NCBI RefSeq assembly: GCF_009914755.1
Contig: NC_060934.1
Direction: 5' to 3' (one strand)
Source: the human T2T-CHM13v2.0 reference genome, Homo sapiens
DNA: 64,000 nt
In this document: positions 31,001 through 59,620 of the stretch, piece after piece
Layout of the letters: every line of letters starts with the position of its first letter
Position numbering within the stretch: the first letter of the stretch is position 1
The notes under the pieces: generated by a model
Seen by the model: only the letters and a program-made list of their open reading frames with translations
What the model was told of the DNA's origin: nothing
Databases searched by the model: none
Position numbers and translations under genes: made by a program

Positions 31001-32531
31001 GGTAACACTTTCCTCATTTGGGTGTGTTACTCAGGCCCATTTATCGAGTGACTCAAAAGGCTGCCAGTTTTGAGTGGGGTCCAGAACAGGATAAGGCTCT
31101 GCCTCAGGTCCAGGCTGCTGTCCAACCTGCTCTGCTGTTTGGGCCATATGACTCAGCAGATCCAATGGTGCTTGAGGCATCAGTGGCAGATAGGGATGCT
31201 GTTTGGAGCCTTTGGCAGGCCCCCACAGGTGAATCACAGCAGATGCCTCTAAAATTTTGAAACAAGGCCCTGCCATTTTCTGCATATAACTACTGTGCTT
31301 TTGAAAGACAGCTCTTGGCCTGTTACTGAGCTTTGGTGGAAACTGAACATTTGATTATGGGTCATCAAGTCACCATGTGAACTGAACTGTCTATCATGAA
31401 CTGGGTGCTTTCTGACCCATGTAGCCATAAAATGGGTCATGCACAGCAGCATTCCATCATCAAATGGAAGTGATATATATGTGATTGGGCTCGAGCAGGT
31501 CCTAAAGGCACAAGTAAGTTACACAAGGAAGTAGCTCAAATGCCCATGGTCTCCACAACTGCCACCCCACCTTCTCTTCCCCAGCCTGCACCGATGGCCT
31601 CATGGGGAGTTCTCTATGATCAGTTGACAGAGGAAGAGAAGACTAGGGCCTGGTTCACAGATGGTTCTGCACGATATGCAGGCACCACCCAAAAGTGGAC
31701 AGCTGCAGCACTACAGCCCCTTTCTAGGACATCACTGAAGGGCAGTGGTGAAGGGAAATCTTCCCAGTGGGCAGAACTTCAAGCAGTGCACCTGGTTGTG
31801 CACTTTTCATGGAAGGATAAATGGCCAGATGTGCGATTATATATTGATTCATGGGCTGTAGCCAATGGTTTGGCTGGATGGTCAGGGACTTGGAAGAAGC
31901 ATGATTGGAAAATTGGTGACAAAGAAATTTGGGGAAGAGGTATGTGGATGGACCTCTCTGAGTGGCCAAAACCTGTGAAGATATTTGGATCCCATGTGAG
32001 TGCTCACCAATGGGTGACCTCAGCAGAGGAGGATTTTAATAATCAAGTGGATAAGATGACCTGTTCTGTGGACATCACTCAGCCTCTTTCCCCAGCCACC
32101 CCTGTTATCACCCAATGGGCCCATAAACAAAGTGGCCATGGTGGCAGGGATGGAGGTTATACATGGGCTCAGCAACATGGACTTCCACTCACCAAAACTG
32201 GCCTGGCTATGGCTACAGCTGAGTGCCCAATTTGACAGCAGCAGAGACTAACACTGAGCCCTCAATATGGCACCATTCCTCAGGGTGATCAGTCTGTTAC
32301 CTGGTGGAAGGTTGGTTATACTGGACCTCTTCCATCCTGAAAAGGGCAGAGGTTTGTCCTCACTGAAACAGACACTTACTCTGGATATGGGTTTGCCTAA
32401 ACTGAACACAATGCTCTGCCAAGACTACCATTCATGGACTCACAGAATGCCTTATCCACCATCATGGTATTCCACACAGCATTGCCTCTGACCAAGGCAC
32501 TCACTTTATGACTAAAGAAGTGTGGCAGTGG
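28025..32531 (+). mobile_element. HERV-L internal region (defective gag-pro-pol), truncated in integrase
   Basis: Leader 'gattttgtaccaggagtgg'; protease DTS(G)SELTLI ~29960; RT YIDD at 30733-30744; RNase H FTDGSA and integrase N-terminus in ORF 31540-32235. Confidence 0.93.
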
Positions 32532-32537
32532 ATATAC

Positions 32538-41811
<9,274 letters not shown>

Positions 41812-42258
41812 TAAGCTTATAAAATGCTTTTAATGCTATATAACTTTATAACTCTGAAAGAATAATAGATTTGTATTATGCTGTCAGTGAGTAGGTCTAT
41901 TAAGTGATAACATTAAACACAAATACCACCATTTATAAAGTATGATTTTGATATCATCGGTTGTGTATTTTCACCCCAAACTCTGTAGATAGTAACTTTG
42001 TTTTCTCATTTGACCATGCTCAATCTTTAGAGACCATGCTCTTCTCTCAAAATGACTGTAGGTTCATCCAAGTATGTTTGCTACCCAAAATCAATGAAAC
42101 ACAGTCACAACTATGTCTGTCTAGGAATAAAGCCAGCTAATTAGATTCTTATTCTAAGGAACAAGAAGAGGGCAGGTAAGAATTTGATTATGGCAGAATT
42201 CTGACCATAATCAATAACTGTTTTCTATTTTTTCTCCATGTTGTCGGGTGGTTCATAC

Positions 42259-42368
42259 CTGACTTTCATCATTTCCAATGATTCCTGTTTGTTTTGTTTA
42301 TAAATTTCAAAATCATCATGAAAAGTTTCACTGAATGAAAACCTGAAAATTGGGAAATAAACATTTTT
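42259..42368 (-). CDS. Candidate internal coding exon of an unidentified minus-strand gene (110 nt; 84 nt with the alternative acceptor at 42342)
   Basis: T13-GCAG acceptor, CAG|GTATGA donor, open frame KNVYFPIFRFSFSETFHDDFEIYKQNKQESLEMMKV(R); lies in a rare non-repeat island. Confidence 0.45.
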
Positions 42369-42639
42369 CTGCAAAAAAAAAAAAACAATGAACACTGACT
42401 TCTCCTATTTCTCAAAGTCATCTCAAAGCCATATGAGGATTACCACAAACTTGCAGGTGAGAAAATTCTTTGCAATGTAAGAAGTGCCATGCAAATTAGT
42501 TGATGCTATTATAATTAGTCTCAGGGATCAAAAATGCTTGAACCCTAAATCTAACACTTCAAAGGAAAGCATTATTTTTCATTCATTTTACAAGTTACAC
42601 CTCCCTTCTTCCCCACATCTTTGTTTAGAATCTGGACCC

Positions 42640-43110
42640 TGAAGTTAGAGGACCAAGATTCAAATCCCAGCCTCATCAGTACTAGCTATGTGATATTGGG
42701 AATGTTACTTGATCCCTGCTTATCTTACTTTCTGCATTTATTAAATGGGGATGAGAATAATATCTACCCAAATAAGGTGCCCAATGCAGTGCCCAACAGC
42801 ATGAAGCCCAATAAAGGTTAGTTAACATCACATCCATAATTGACACCTTTAGGTATTAGATTTTCATCATCCCAGAACATTTTCCTTCTTTAAGCCTTTT
42901 TCTTTCTAAGTGGCACTTTCTTGGATACTGATTGCACTCCTCACAAACTTGAAACGTTCAAACACACAAGATGCCATTTAGGAGACATTGGAACTTGGGT
43001 TTCCTTCTCTGTAAAACTGAGTAATGACAGTCACCTCCCAGGGCTGTTGTAAGAATGAATGAGCTAGAGTATGTAAAATATCTTAGCACAGAGTGCTTAA
43101 GAAATTATTA
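42640..43110 (+). mobile_element. MIR fragments
   Basis: 'gattcaaatcccagcctc..actagctatgtgatattggg' and 'gtttccttctctgtaaaactgag...tcccagggctgttgtaaga'. Confidence 0.65.
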
Positions 43111-43116
43111 GTTCCA

Positions 43117-43408
<292 letters not shown>

Positions 43409-43445
43409 GAAGAAGAAGAAGAAAGAAGGAAAGAAAGAGAGAGAG

Positions 43446-43500
<55 letters not shown>

Positions 43501-43551
43501 AAAAGAAAGAAAGAAAAGAAAGAAAGAAGGAAAGAGACAGAAAGAAAGAAG

Positions 43552-43597
<46 letters not shown>

Positions 43598-43599
43598 AG

Positions 43600-43631
<32 letters not shown>

Positions 43632-43699
43632 AAGAAAGAAAGAGAGAAAGAGAAAGAAAGAAAGAAAGGAGAGACAGAACGAAGGAAAGAAGGAAGGAA
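43409..43699 (+). repeat. Compound (GAAA)n polypurine microsatellite grown from the Alu tail
   Basis: ~290 bp of GAAA/GAAG/GA repeats. Confidence 0.97.
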
Positions 43700-44461
43700 T
43701 TATTTCCCTTTTTCCCACCCACGCCTCACCACAAACCTTGTTGTGGGGATAACATGTAAAAGTGAACAAAACTGAGAAGATCACATCGCATATCACTCAG
43801 CCTCTAGTGGGAGACACAGGCAATAAACAGGAAAAGTTAAAAACAGTACTAGGTAGTGGTGAGTGCAATTAGCCTCCCGCAGCATAAAGGGAGGAGAATA
43901 ACCAGTGGCTCTTTCATGCAGAGAATCAGGGTAGACCTCTGGGGAGAGACCCGCACTCAGACTGGGATGGAATTATTTATTTTATGCGTGTTCAGTTAGG
44001 AGTAGAGGTGCTCTGTCGTGATTATCTAATCTTGGGAGGAACAATGTCAGACGGGTTTCAAGATGAGTATGAGAATTGGTCTTCCTTCTGAAAAAACAAG
44101 AATTGAGTTCACACTAATCACAAATACATCAAGCCTATTTGAGTCTTGTGTGTGTCATGGATTGAAGTGTATCTTTCCACTTAGTCAAGAAGTTCCAATG
44201 AGAAGAATGCTCCTTAACTTCCTAAGTGCAACAGAGTAGTTGAACTGAGCCATGGATGGTAAATCTACTTAAGAAAGCACATGCCATGGAAAGATAGCAT
44301 TGGCTGCCCTGCCTACTTCTGATGGCACAGCCTTGCAGGAAGGGAAAGAAGCCAAGAGGCAAAAGCCTGGTCTTGTTCTGAAAGGCACAAGGAGGTGGAA
44401 GATTAGGGGAAACTCACCCAAAAATGACTCAGCTCTGAACTCAGACTCAAGAAGCCACAAT

Positions 44462-44902
44462 AAGCAACATGAATGGAACTGGAGGGAAATAAACCAGGCG
44501 TAGAAACACAAATGTTGCATATTCTTACTCATGTGGGAACTAAAAACATGCATTTCAAGGAGAATAGAATGATGGTTATCAGAGACTGGGAACAGTTGTG
44601 GGTGGGGGTGTTAAGAGAGGTTGCTTAATGGGTACAAACATATAGTTAGATAGAAGGTATAAGTTCTAATGTTTGACAGCAGAGTAGGAGAACTATAGTT
44701 AACAGTAATATATTGTATACTCCAAAATAGCTAGACAGGAAGATTTGAAATGTTCCCAACACATAGAAATGACAAAAGCTTGAGGTAATGGATACCCTAA
44801 ATATCCTGACTTGATCATTACACAGTCTATGCGTGTAACGAAATACCATATGTACCCCATAAATATGTACAAATATTATGTATCAATAAAAATTTTTAAA
44901 AA
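44462..44902 (+). mobile_element. L1MA-type 3' UTR
   Basis: 'gggtacaaacatatagttagatagaagg...taccccataaatatgtacaaatattatgtatcaataaaa'. Confidence 0.8.
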
Positions 44903-45639
44903 GAAGCTGCAATCAACATTTCATCATTATCTTTTCAGCAGCATCCTTACAAAGTTACAGAGACATCTTAAGATGTATCCCTCTTCCTCTGAATCTTCCT
45001 GGGATAGAACAAATGAAAACTAAACAAGGAGTGGGCTGGGAGGAGCTGTCAACATCCATCCTAAGGAAAAGTCTGTTAGGGCTATGAGCTTCCTCTGTCC
45101 TAGAGTAGAGCTGGGAAAATAGAGTCTTGACAATTGATTTCTTATTCTTTCTTTCTCTAAATCCCCAATGAATATGTTTTTCTTTTTAGTGCTCAGTGGT
45201 AGACAGGGCTTAATTCTGTTTAGTTATGCAAACAGGCCAGAAGAAACTGAAATAGGCTATAAATGTTTGAAGCTGGCCAAAAGAAGATGTAGTCACACAA
45301 GATACCCTCTGGAGGAAAGTGACTGTCAGGAAAGTCACTTTCCTGACCAGCAAAAGGACCAGCACTATTTTGTCCTGCTGAAGAAGTACATTTGTCCTGC
45401 TGCTGTCATGGGGACAGTGGCTCCAGGGCTTCCTGTGGACATGCCACAAGTTCCACTCCATGAGTCAGGAGATCATGCGGTCAGCTGGGGGGAACTTAGG
45501 GTTGCTCTCTTGAGCTTAGCCTTATGCTGCGTGTCTGCTTTGCCAACCACAAAAACGATAGTTTCATAGCAAGTTGCAGGCTCCCTGGAAACTTAACCTA
45601 CCTACTAGGATACATTTACAGCTGCTTTTCTCCTGGCAT

Positions 45640-45990
45640 CAGGCTGGAGATCAAGAAATACATAAAACATAGTCCCTGCCCTCAGTTAGCTCAGAATATG
45701 GTGGGGGAATGGAGACAGAAGCAAATACTGGTGGGACAAGTGACGATGGGCCAAAATATGGGCTTAAACAAAGGTTGTGGGAGCTCAGAAAAGGAGCAAC
45801 TCACTCTGCCTGAAAGAGTCATGGAGGGCTCCACGGAAAAAGCAACATTTGTGCAGGAGGAGATTAGAACACAGAGGAGGAGGATAGCAGCACTCCAGAT
45901 GAAGGGAAGGAAATGTGCCAAGATTTCATGGGAATGAGAAGATGTAAACTGCTCAGGAAAAACCATGGTTGAAGCTCTTCACAGTGGCTG
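45640..45990. mobile_element. Possible L2 fragment
   Basis: 'catagtccctgccctcag..gctcaga' L2-like motif; very degraded. Confidence 0.4.
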
Positions 45991-45998
45991 AAGCATGG

Positions 45999-46175
45999 TG
46001 TGATTGTCAGTTTTGCTTGTCAACTTGGTCAGGCTGTAGTACTCAACTATTCAACCAAGCACTGATCTAGGTATTGCTGTGAAGGTATTTTGTAGTCGCA
46101 ATTAACCTCTACAATCAGTTGACTCTATTTAAAGGACATTATTCTGTACTATCTGAGTGGACCTGATCCACTTCA
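45999..46175 (+). mobile_element. Older MLT2 (C/D-like) LTR 5' fragment
   Basis: 'tgtgattgtcagttttgcttgtcaacttggtcaggct...ctaggtattgctgtgaaggtattttgtag'. Confidence 0.65.
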
Positions 46176-46419
46176 TCCCAAAGGTAAATGATTCTCCAAC
46201 AGTGTTCTCATCTACATCTAGGGCTTGGAAGATGAAGGTGAAGGAGAATATGGAAAAACAACAAGAAAAAAGTCAATCAATCAGAACTTCCAGCCCTGTG
46301 TTTGTTAGTTCACTTTATGTTCAACCAGTATGTCTCCACTTTTATCTGCTTCCTTGTAAGATTTCATCTGAAAAAGGGAATTCACTCTTCAGGTGTTGGA
46401 AATCAATTATGAGAGAAGC

Positions 46420-48135
46420 ACTTACAGAATGACTATCTGAAGAGCTCTGCAGACATTCTCCAGAGTAAAACAACCATAACCGGTGAAAATTAAAAACAAA
46501 CAAAATAAAAAAATGTTAGAGTATTGGAAATTGTTCTAAGGGCCGACAGCAAATGAAGAAATCCAAGAAAGCCTACCAATTTCAGTGAGAGGAGTGAGAG
46601 TCTATGGTGTTGAGTCTATGGTGTTTAAGTTCTGTTCATTTCCTCCCTCTCCTGCAATCAGTTCAGTGAAACAGAAACCCTGCTCCAGAGATGTGCAGCC
46701 AAAAAGACAGGGTGCCCTTTCCCCTCAGCTCCCAATCTAGGGCAGACTACCAGCATTTCCCAAGCCCATCTCTGGCTCTATGTTGCAGAAGTTCTATTCC
46801 AAGAAAGTTTGACTGAGAATCTGAAGCTTCCTTCTTCCACTCAGCCTCTACTATTAAGGCGTAAGTTCTATCCCCAGTGCCACGGGCCAAGAATACTGAT
46901 GCTGAATGTCCTTGCTCCGCTACACTCATAGGGCAGAGATTCCATGGGAGGAGTGAAGTTTCCATTCCAGAAAAGGCAGAAAAACAGAAATTACTGCCCA
47001 ATCCAGTACCCCACCCATAAAGAAGGAAAGACATCTGAGAAAAGCATGACACTGTCCCCAAAACCACCTGCAGAGTAGTGGCAGTAGAGGCAGTAGGGAG
47101 ACTAGAGGACCTGCCTAGAGGGAGAAGTAGGCCATAAGAAGAAAAGTCTCTAGTTCTCCCTAAAGGGACAAACTTTATTTGCAACAGAACATGCGGAAGT
47201 TCAAGCCTAAGGGCACTGTCAAAAACAATGAATATTTTGGTGGTAAGCAATTAATAGGTTAATGGCAGCTTAGTGAGAGCAACAAACTAAACCATAAACC
47301 AGCTAGACATATACAATAAAAATCCAAGAAAGAGAGAGCCAAGAAGGGCCTTCCTGAGGTTAAAACAAACATCAAAGTCTTGTCTGAAAAACTGCTCCTG
47401 CAAAGGAAGCAAAATATATTTGGATCAGACTGTGGAGCAATTTATGCCCCTAAAAAGCTGTCAAAACCAAAAGAGCAATTATCTAGCAATTGCTGGAGGT
47501 TAACAGTTGGGTATGATACCAAAAGAGGCAAACAACTGAACAGATCAGAGAAAGAGGCAGTCAAAGAGAGCACTGCTAAATGCACTGTAATTCCAATTTG
47601 AGAGAAAATGTGCCCAGTGCTGTGACTCCCTCAGGAACAACATCAGAGGCCACAAATTATGGTGGAAATAGGCTTCACTATATAGTCTAGCCAGGCAATT
47701 AAACAAATAAACAATTAAACAACAGTAACATAGTGAGGGGGGCAGAAATGAGTATTGCAACTAGCTAGAACATATTTTTGAACAAAAAAATTATGAGTCA
47801 AGCAGAGATATGGAAAAGACAGAGCCATACACCAGAAAAAAGGTAAGCAAGAGAAACTGCCTTTGTGAGTGCCAAGATGTCAGACATAGCAGAAAAAAAA
47901 CCTCAAAGTAATTATTATAAATATGTTCAAAAACTAAAAGAAAATGTGCTTAAAAAATAAAAGATGGTATGATAATTTCTTGTCAATTCAAAAATACCAA
48001 TAATAGATTAAAAATATTTTTTCAAAAGTTAATTAACCAAATGGAAATTCTGGGGTTTAAAAGTAAAATAACAACAATAAGAACATTTTGCTAGAGGAAA
48101 TGAACAATAGATTTGTACCAGAAGGAAAAATAATC
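46420..48135 (+). mobile_element. Old L1M 5'UTR/ORF1 remnant
   Basis: ORF1-like A-rich tract at 47780-48130 preceded by a degenerate L1M 5' region. Confidence 0.55.
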
Positions 48136-49774
48136 AAATAAACAGGGATTTCATCAACACCAAACCTGTCTTACAAGAAATACTAAAGGGAGTTCAATCT
48201 GAAAGAAAGAACATTAACAAGCAACAGGAAATCATCTGAAGGTACAAAACTCACTGTACCTTCAGATGATAATAAGTCCTCAAAAAACACAGAATATTAT
48301 AACACTGTAATTATGGTGTGTAAGCTACTTATATCATAAGTAGAAAGAGGAAAAGATGAACTGATTAAAAAACAATTACAACAGCTTTTCAAGACAGTAT
48401 AATAAGATATATAAATAACAGAAAGCTTAAAAGCATATAAATAAAGTTAAAATGTAGAGGTTTTTTTAGTTTTCTTTTTGCTTGATTGTGTATTTATTTA
48501 TGCAATCAGTGTTGTTTTCATCAGCATAAAATAATGGGTTATAAGATAGTATTTGCAAGCCTCATAGTAACCTCAAATTTAAAAACATACAATGGATACA
48601 CAAAAAGTGAAGAGCAAGAAATTAAAACATACCACCAAAAAAAATACTTTCACTAAAAAGGAGACAGGAAGTAAGAAAAGATGGGAGAGAAGATCACAAA
48701 ACAACCAGAAAATAAATAACAAAATGGCAAGCAAGTCCTTATTTGTCAATAATAATATTGAATGTAAATGGACTATACTCTCCAGTAAAAAGATACAGAG
48801 TGGTTGAATGGATTAAAAAAAAGGACCCAATGATCTGTTACCTACAAGAAATAAACTTCACTTATAACAATACACAGACTAAAAATAAAGTCATGGGAAA
48901 TGATACTTCACGACAATGGAAACCAAAAAAGAACAGGAGTAGCTATACCTTTATCAGACTAAATAGATTTCAAGACAAAAATTGTTAAGAAAAACCAAAT
49001 AAGGTCATTATATAATGATAAAGAGATCAGTTAAGCAAGAGGATGTAACAATTGTAAATATATATGCACTCAACATTGGAGCACCTAGATAAATAAAACA
49101 AATATTATTAGAGCTAAAGAAAGATAGACCCCCTCCCCCAAAACAATAATAGCTGTAGATTTCAATGCTCCACTTTCAGCATTGGACAGATCTTCCAGAC
49201 AGAAAATCAGCAAGGAAACATCAGATGTAATCTGAACTATAGACCAAATGGGCCTAATAAGTATTTACAGAATATTTCATCCAAAGGTTACAGAAGACAC
49301 ATTTTTCTCCTTAGCACATACATCATTCTCAAGAACAGGCCATATATTAGGTCATGAATCAAGTCTCAAAACATTCAAAAAAACTGAAATAATCTCAAGC
49401 ATCTTCTTTGACCACAATGGAATAAAACTAGAAACCAATAACAAGGGGAATTTTGGAAACTATACAAAAACATGGAAATTAAACAATATGTTCCTAAATG
49501 ATAAGTGGGTCAATGAAGAAATTATGAAATGAATTGAAAATTTTCTAAAAACAAATGACAATGGAAACATAATGCACCAGAACCTATGGGATACAACAAA
49601 AGCAGTACCAAGAGTGATATTTCCAGATAAGGGCCTACATCAAAAAGGAAGAAAAACTTCAAGTGAATAACCTGATGATGCATCTTAAAGAATTAAAAAG
49701 GCAAGAGTAAACCAAACCCAAAATTAGTAGAAGAAAAGAACTAATAAAGATCACAGTAGAAATAAATAAAATTG

Positions 49775-52700
49775 GACTTCTGCTCCAAGATGGCCTAATA
49801 GAAACAGCTCCAGTCTGCAGCTCCCAGCATGATTGGCACAGAAGATGGGTGATTTCTGCATTTCCAACTGAGGTACCAGGTTCATCTCATTGGGACTGGT
49901 TGGACAATGGATGCAGCCCATGGAGGGTGAGGTGAAGCAGGGTGAGGAGTCACCTCACCCCGGAAGCACAAGTGATTGGGGGATTTCCCTTTCCTAGCCA
50001 AGGGAAGCCGTGACAGACTGTACCTGGAAAATCGGTTCACTCCCACCCAAATACTGTGCTTTTCCCATAGTCTTAGCAACCGGCAGACCAGGAGATTCTC
50101 TCCCAAGCCTAGCTCATCAGGTCCCATGCCCACGGAGCCTGGCTCACTGCTAGCACAGCAATCTGAGATCAACCTGCGAGGCTGCAGCTGGGTGGGGGGA
50201 GGGGTGTCAGCCATTGCTGAGGACTGAGTAGGTAAACAAAGTGGCCAGGAAGCTCAAACTGGGCAGAGCCCACCGCAGCTCAGCAAGGCCTACTGCCTCT
50301 ATAGATTCCACCTCTGTGGGCAGGGCATAACTGAACAAAAGGCAGCAGACAACTTCTGCAGATTTAAACGTCCCTGCCTGACAGCTCTGAAGAGAGCAGT
50401 GGTTGCCCCAGCATGGCATCTGAGCTCTGAGAACAGACAGACTGCCTCCTCAAGTGGGTCCCTAAACTCCATGTAGCCTAACTGGGAGACACCTCCCCAT
50501 AGGGGCCGACAGACACCTCATACAGGTGGGTGCCACTCTGGGACAAAGCTCTCAGAGGAAGGATCAGGAAGCAATATTTGCTCTTCTGCAATATTTGCTG
50601 TTCTGCAGCCTCTGCTGGTGATACCCAGGCAAACAGAGTCTGGAATGGACCTCCAGCAAACTCCAGCAGACCTGCAGCTGAGGGACCTGACTGCTAGAAG
50701 GAAAACTAACAAACAAAAAGGAATAGCATCAACATCAACAAAAAGGACATTCACACCAAAACCTCATCTGTAGTCACCAATATCAAAGACCAAAGGTAGA
50801 TAAAACCACAAAGATGGGGAGAAACCAGAGCAGAAAAGCTGAAAATTCTAAAAACTGAGCACCGCTTCTCCTCCAGAGGATTGCAACTCCTCACCGGCAA
50901 CGGAATGAAGCTGGGTGGAGAATGACTTTGACAAGTTGGCAGAAGTAGGCTTCAGAAGGTCGGTAATAACAAACTACTCCAAACTAAAGGAGCATGTTCT
51001 AACCCATTGCAAGGAAGCTAAAAAACCTTCAAAAAAGGTTAGACAAATGGCTAACTAGAATAAACAGTGTAGAGAAGAACTTAAATGACCTGATGGAGCT
51101 GAAAACCGTGGCATGAGGACATCATGATGCATGCACAAGCTTAAATAGCTGATTAAATCAAGTGGAAGAAAGAATATCAGTGACTGAAGATCAAATTAAC
51201 AAAATAAAGCAAGAAGATAAGATTAGAGAAAAAAGAGTAAAAAGAAATGAAAAGCACCTCCAAGAAATATGGGACTATGTGAAAAAACCAAATCTACACT
51301 TGATTGGTGTACCTGAAAGTGATGGGGAGAAGGAAACCAAGTTGGAAAACACTCTTCAGAATACTATCCAGGAGAACTTCCCCAAACTAGCAAGGCAGGC
51401 CAACATTCAAATTCAAGAAATACAGAGAACACCACAAAGATACTCCTCAAGAAGAGCAACCCCAAGACACATAATTGTCAGCTTCACCAAGGTTGAAATG
51501 AAGGAAAAAAATGTTAAGGGCAGCCAGAGAGAAACGTTGGGTTACCAACAAAGGGAAGCCCATCAGACTAAAAGTAGCTCTCTCAGCAGACACCCTGTAA
51601 GCCAGAAGAGAGTAGGGGTCAATATTCAACATTCTTAAAGAAAATAATTTTCAACCCAGAATTTCATATCCAGCCAAACTAAGCTTCATAAGTGAAGGAG
51701 AAATAAAATCCTTTACAGACAAGCAAATGCTGAGAGATTTTGTCACCATCAGGCCTGCCTTACAAGAGCTCCTGAAGGAAACACTGAACATGGAAAGGAA
51801 CAACTGTTACCAGCCACTGCAAAAACACGCCACATTGTAAAGACCATCGATGACATGAAGAAACTGCAACAATTAACTGGCAAAATAAGCAGCTCACAGC
51901 ATAATGACAGGATCAAGTTCACACATAACAATATTAACCTTAAATGTAAATGGGCTAAATGCCTCAATTAAAGACACAGACTGGCAAATTGCATAGAGTC
52001 AAGACCCATCAGTGTGCGGTATTCAGGAGACCCATCTCACATGCAAAGACACACATAGGGATGGAGGAAGATCCACCAAGCAAATGGAAAGCCAAAAAAA
52101 AAAAAAAAAAAAAAAAGCAGGGGTTGCAATCCTAGTCTCTGATAAAACAGAGTTTAAACCAACAAAGATCCAAAGAGACAAAGAAAGCCATTACATAATG
52201 GTAAAGGGATCAATACAACAAGAAGAACAAACTATCCTAAATATATATGCAACCAATATGGGAGCACCCAGATTCATAAAGCAAGTCTGTAGAGACGTAC
52301 AAAGAGATGTAGACTTCCACACAATAATAATGGGAGACTTTAACACTCCACTGTCAATATTAGACAGATCAATGACACAGAAGGGTCACAAAGATATCCA
52401 GGACTTGAATTCAGCTATTCACCAAGTGGACCTAATAGACATCTACAGAACTCTACACCCCAAATCAACAGAATGTACATACTTCTCAGCACCACATCAT
52501 ACTTATTCTAAAATTGACCACATAATTGGAAGTAAAACACTCCTCAGCAAATGTAAAAGAACAGAAATCACAACAAACTGTGTCTCAGACTACAGTGCAA
52601 ACAAATTAGAACTCTGGATTAATAAACTCACTCAAAATCACACAACTACATGGAAACTGAATAACCTGCTCCTGAATGACTACTGGGTACATAATGAAAT

Positions 52701-53185
52701 GAAGGCAGAAATAAAGATGTTCTTTGCAACCAATAAGAACAAAGACACAACATACCAGATTCTCCGGGACACATTTAAAGCAGTGTGTACAGGGAAAATT
52801 ATAGCACTAAATGCCCACAAGAGAAAGCAGGAAAGAACTAAAATCAACAACCTAACATCGCAATTAAAAGAACTAGAGAAGCAAGAGCAAACACATTCAA
52901 AAGCTAGCAGAAGGCAAGAAATAACTAAGATCAGAACAGAACTGAAGGAGATAGAGACACAAAAAGCACTTCAAAAAAATCAATGAATCCAGGAGCTGGT
53001 TTTTAAAAAGATCAACAAAATTAATAGACCGCTAGCAAGAATAATAAAGAAAAGAGAGAAGAATCAAATTAGACTCAATAAAAAAAGATAAAGGGGATAT
53101 CACCACTGATCCCATAGAAATACAAACTACCATCAGAGAATACTATAAACACCTCTACATAAATAAACTAGAAAATCTAGAAGAA
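49775..53185 (+). mobile_element. L1PA6-type 5' half (5'UTR, ORF1, ORF2 endonuclease)
   Basis: 5'UTR 'tccaagatggcctaatagaaacagctccagtctgcagctccc'; EN ORF 52012-52986. Confidence 0.85.
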
Positions 53186-59204
<6,019 letters not shown>

Positions 59205-59620
59205 ATGTTACTAGCAAATTGTAGATGGGTATACCTAATATAACTCTGCATGTGCACTATGTGTCTGGATACACATGGAAAGTATTCAGGCATACACACC
59301 AAATTGTTAAAATAAATCCCCTTCCAACATTAGGAGTGGCTGGGGAGCAGATGGCTTTCACTTCCGCACATTCCATGGTGCCAGGGTAATACCACATCAC
59401 AATAGTAAATAGCAAAAATAACAACCTTAAGTTTAGATTTTCTTATCTAAATTTTAATTCTGTGAAGAAGTTTCCATTTCCCTTTTTCACACAGGATAGT
59501 AGAATGCAGTTTAGAAAGAGTGAGATCACTTGTTAGACTGTACAATTTTTAAGCATCAGCGAAGTATACCATTAAACTTCTCTATCAATCCATTCTCTAA
59601 ACTTCCCAACCCAAAAAAAA
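59205..59620 (+). other. L1 3' transduction (~410 bp) with second A-tail
   Basis: Unique sequence between the L1 tail and the right TSD; ATTAAA at 59571-59576; A-run from 59613. Confidence 0.8.

Noticed and set aside
28025-32531. Domesticated HERV-L gag/pol gene
   Set aside because: Many stops and frameshifts; the longest ORF (231 aa, RNase H region) is compatible with neutral decay
41812-42385. 3' transduction of the L1PA4 ending at AATAAA (42356) plus A13
   Set aside because: No TSD or HERV-L resumption after the A-run; the run is better explained as the minus-strand polypyrimidine tract, though not fully excluded
45168-45937. 133 and 137 aa plus-strand ORFs in semi-unique DNA
   Set aside because: No recognisable domain or convincing splice structure; partly overlaps an L2-like remnant
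45999-46175. Missing 3' LTR of the HERV-L
   Set aside because: Older MLT2 subtype, too divergent from the MLT2A1 5' LTR
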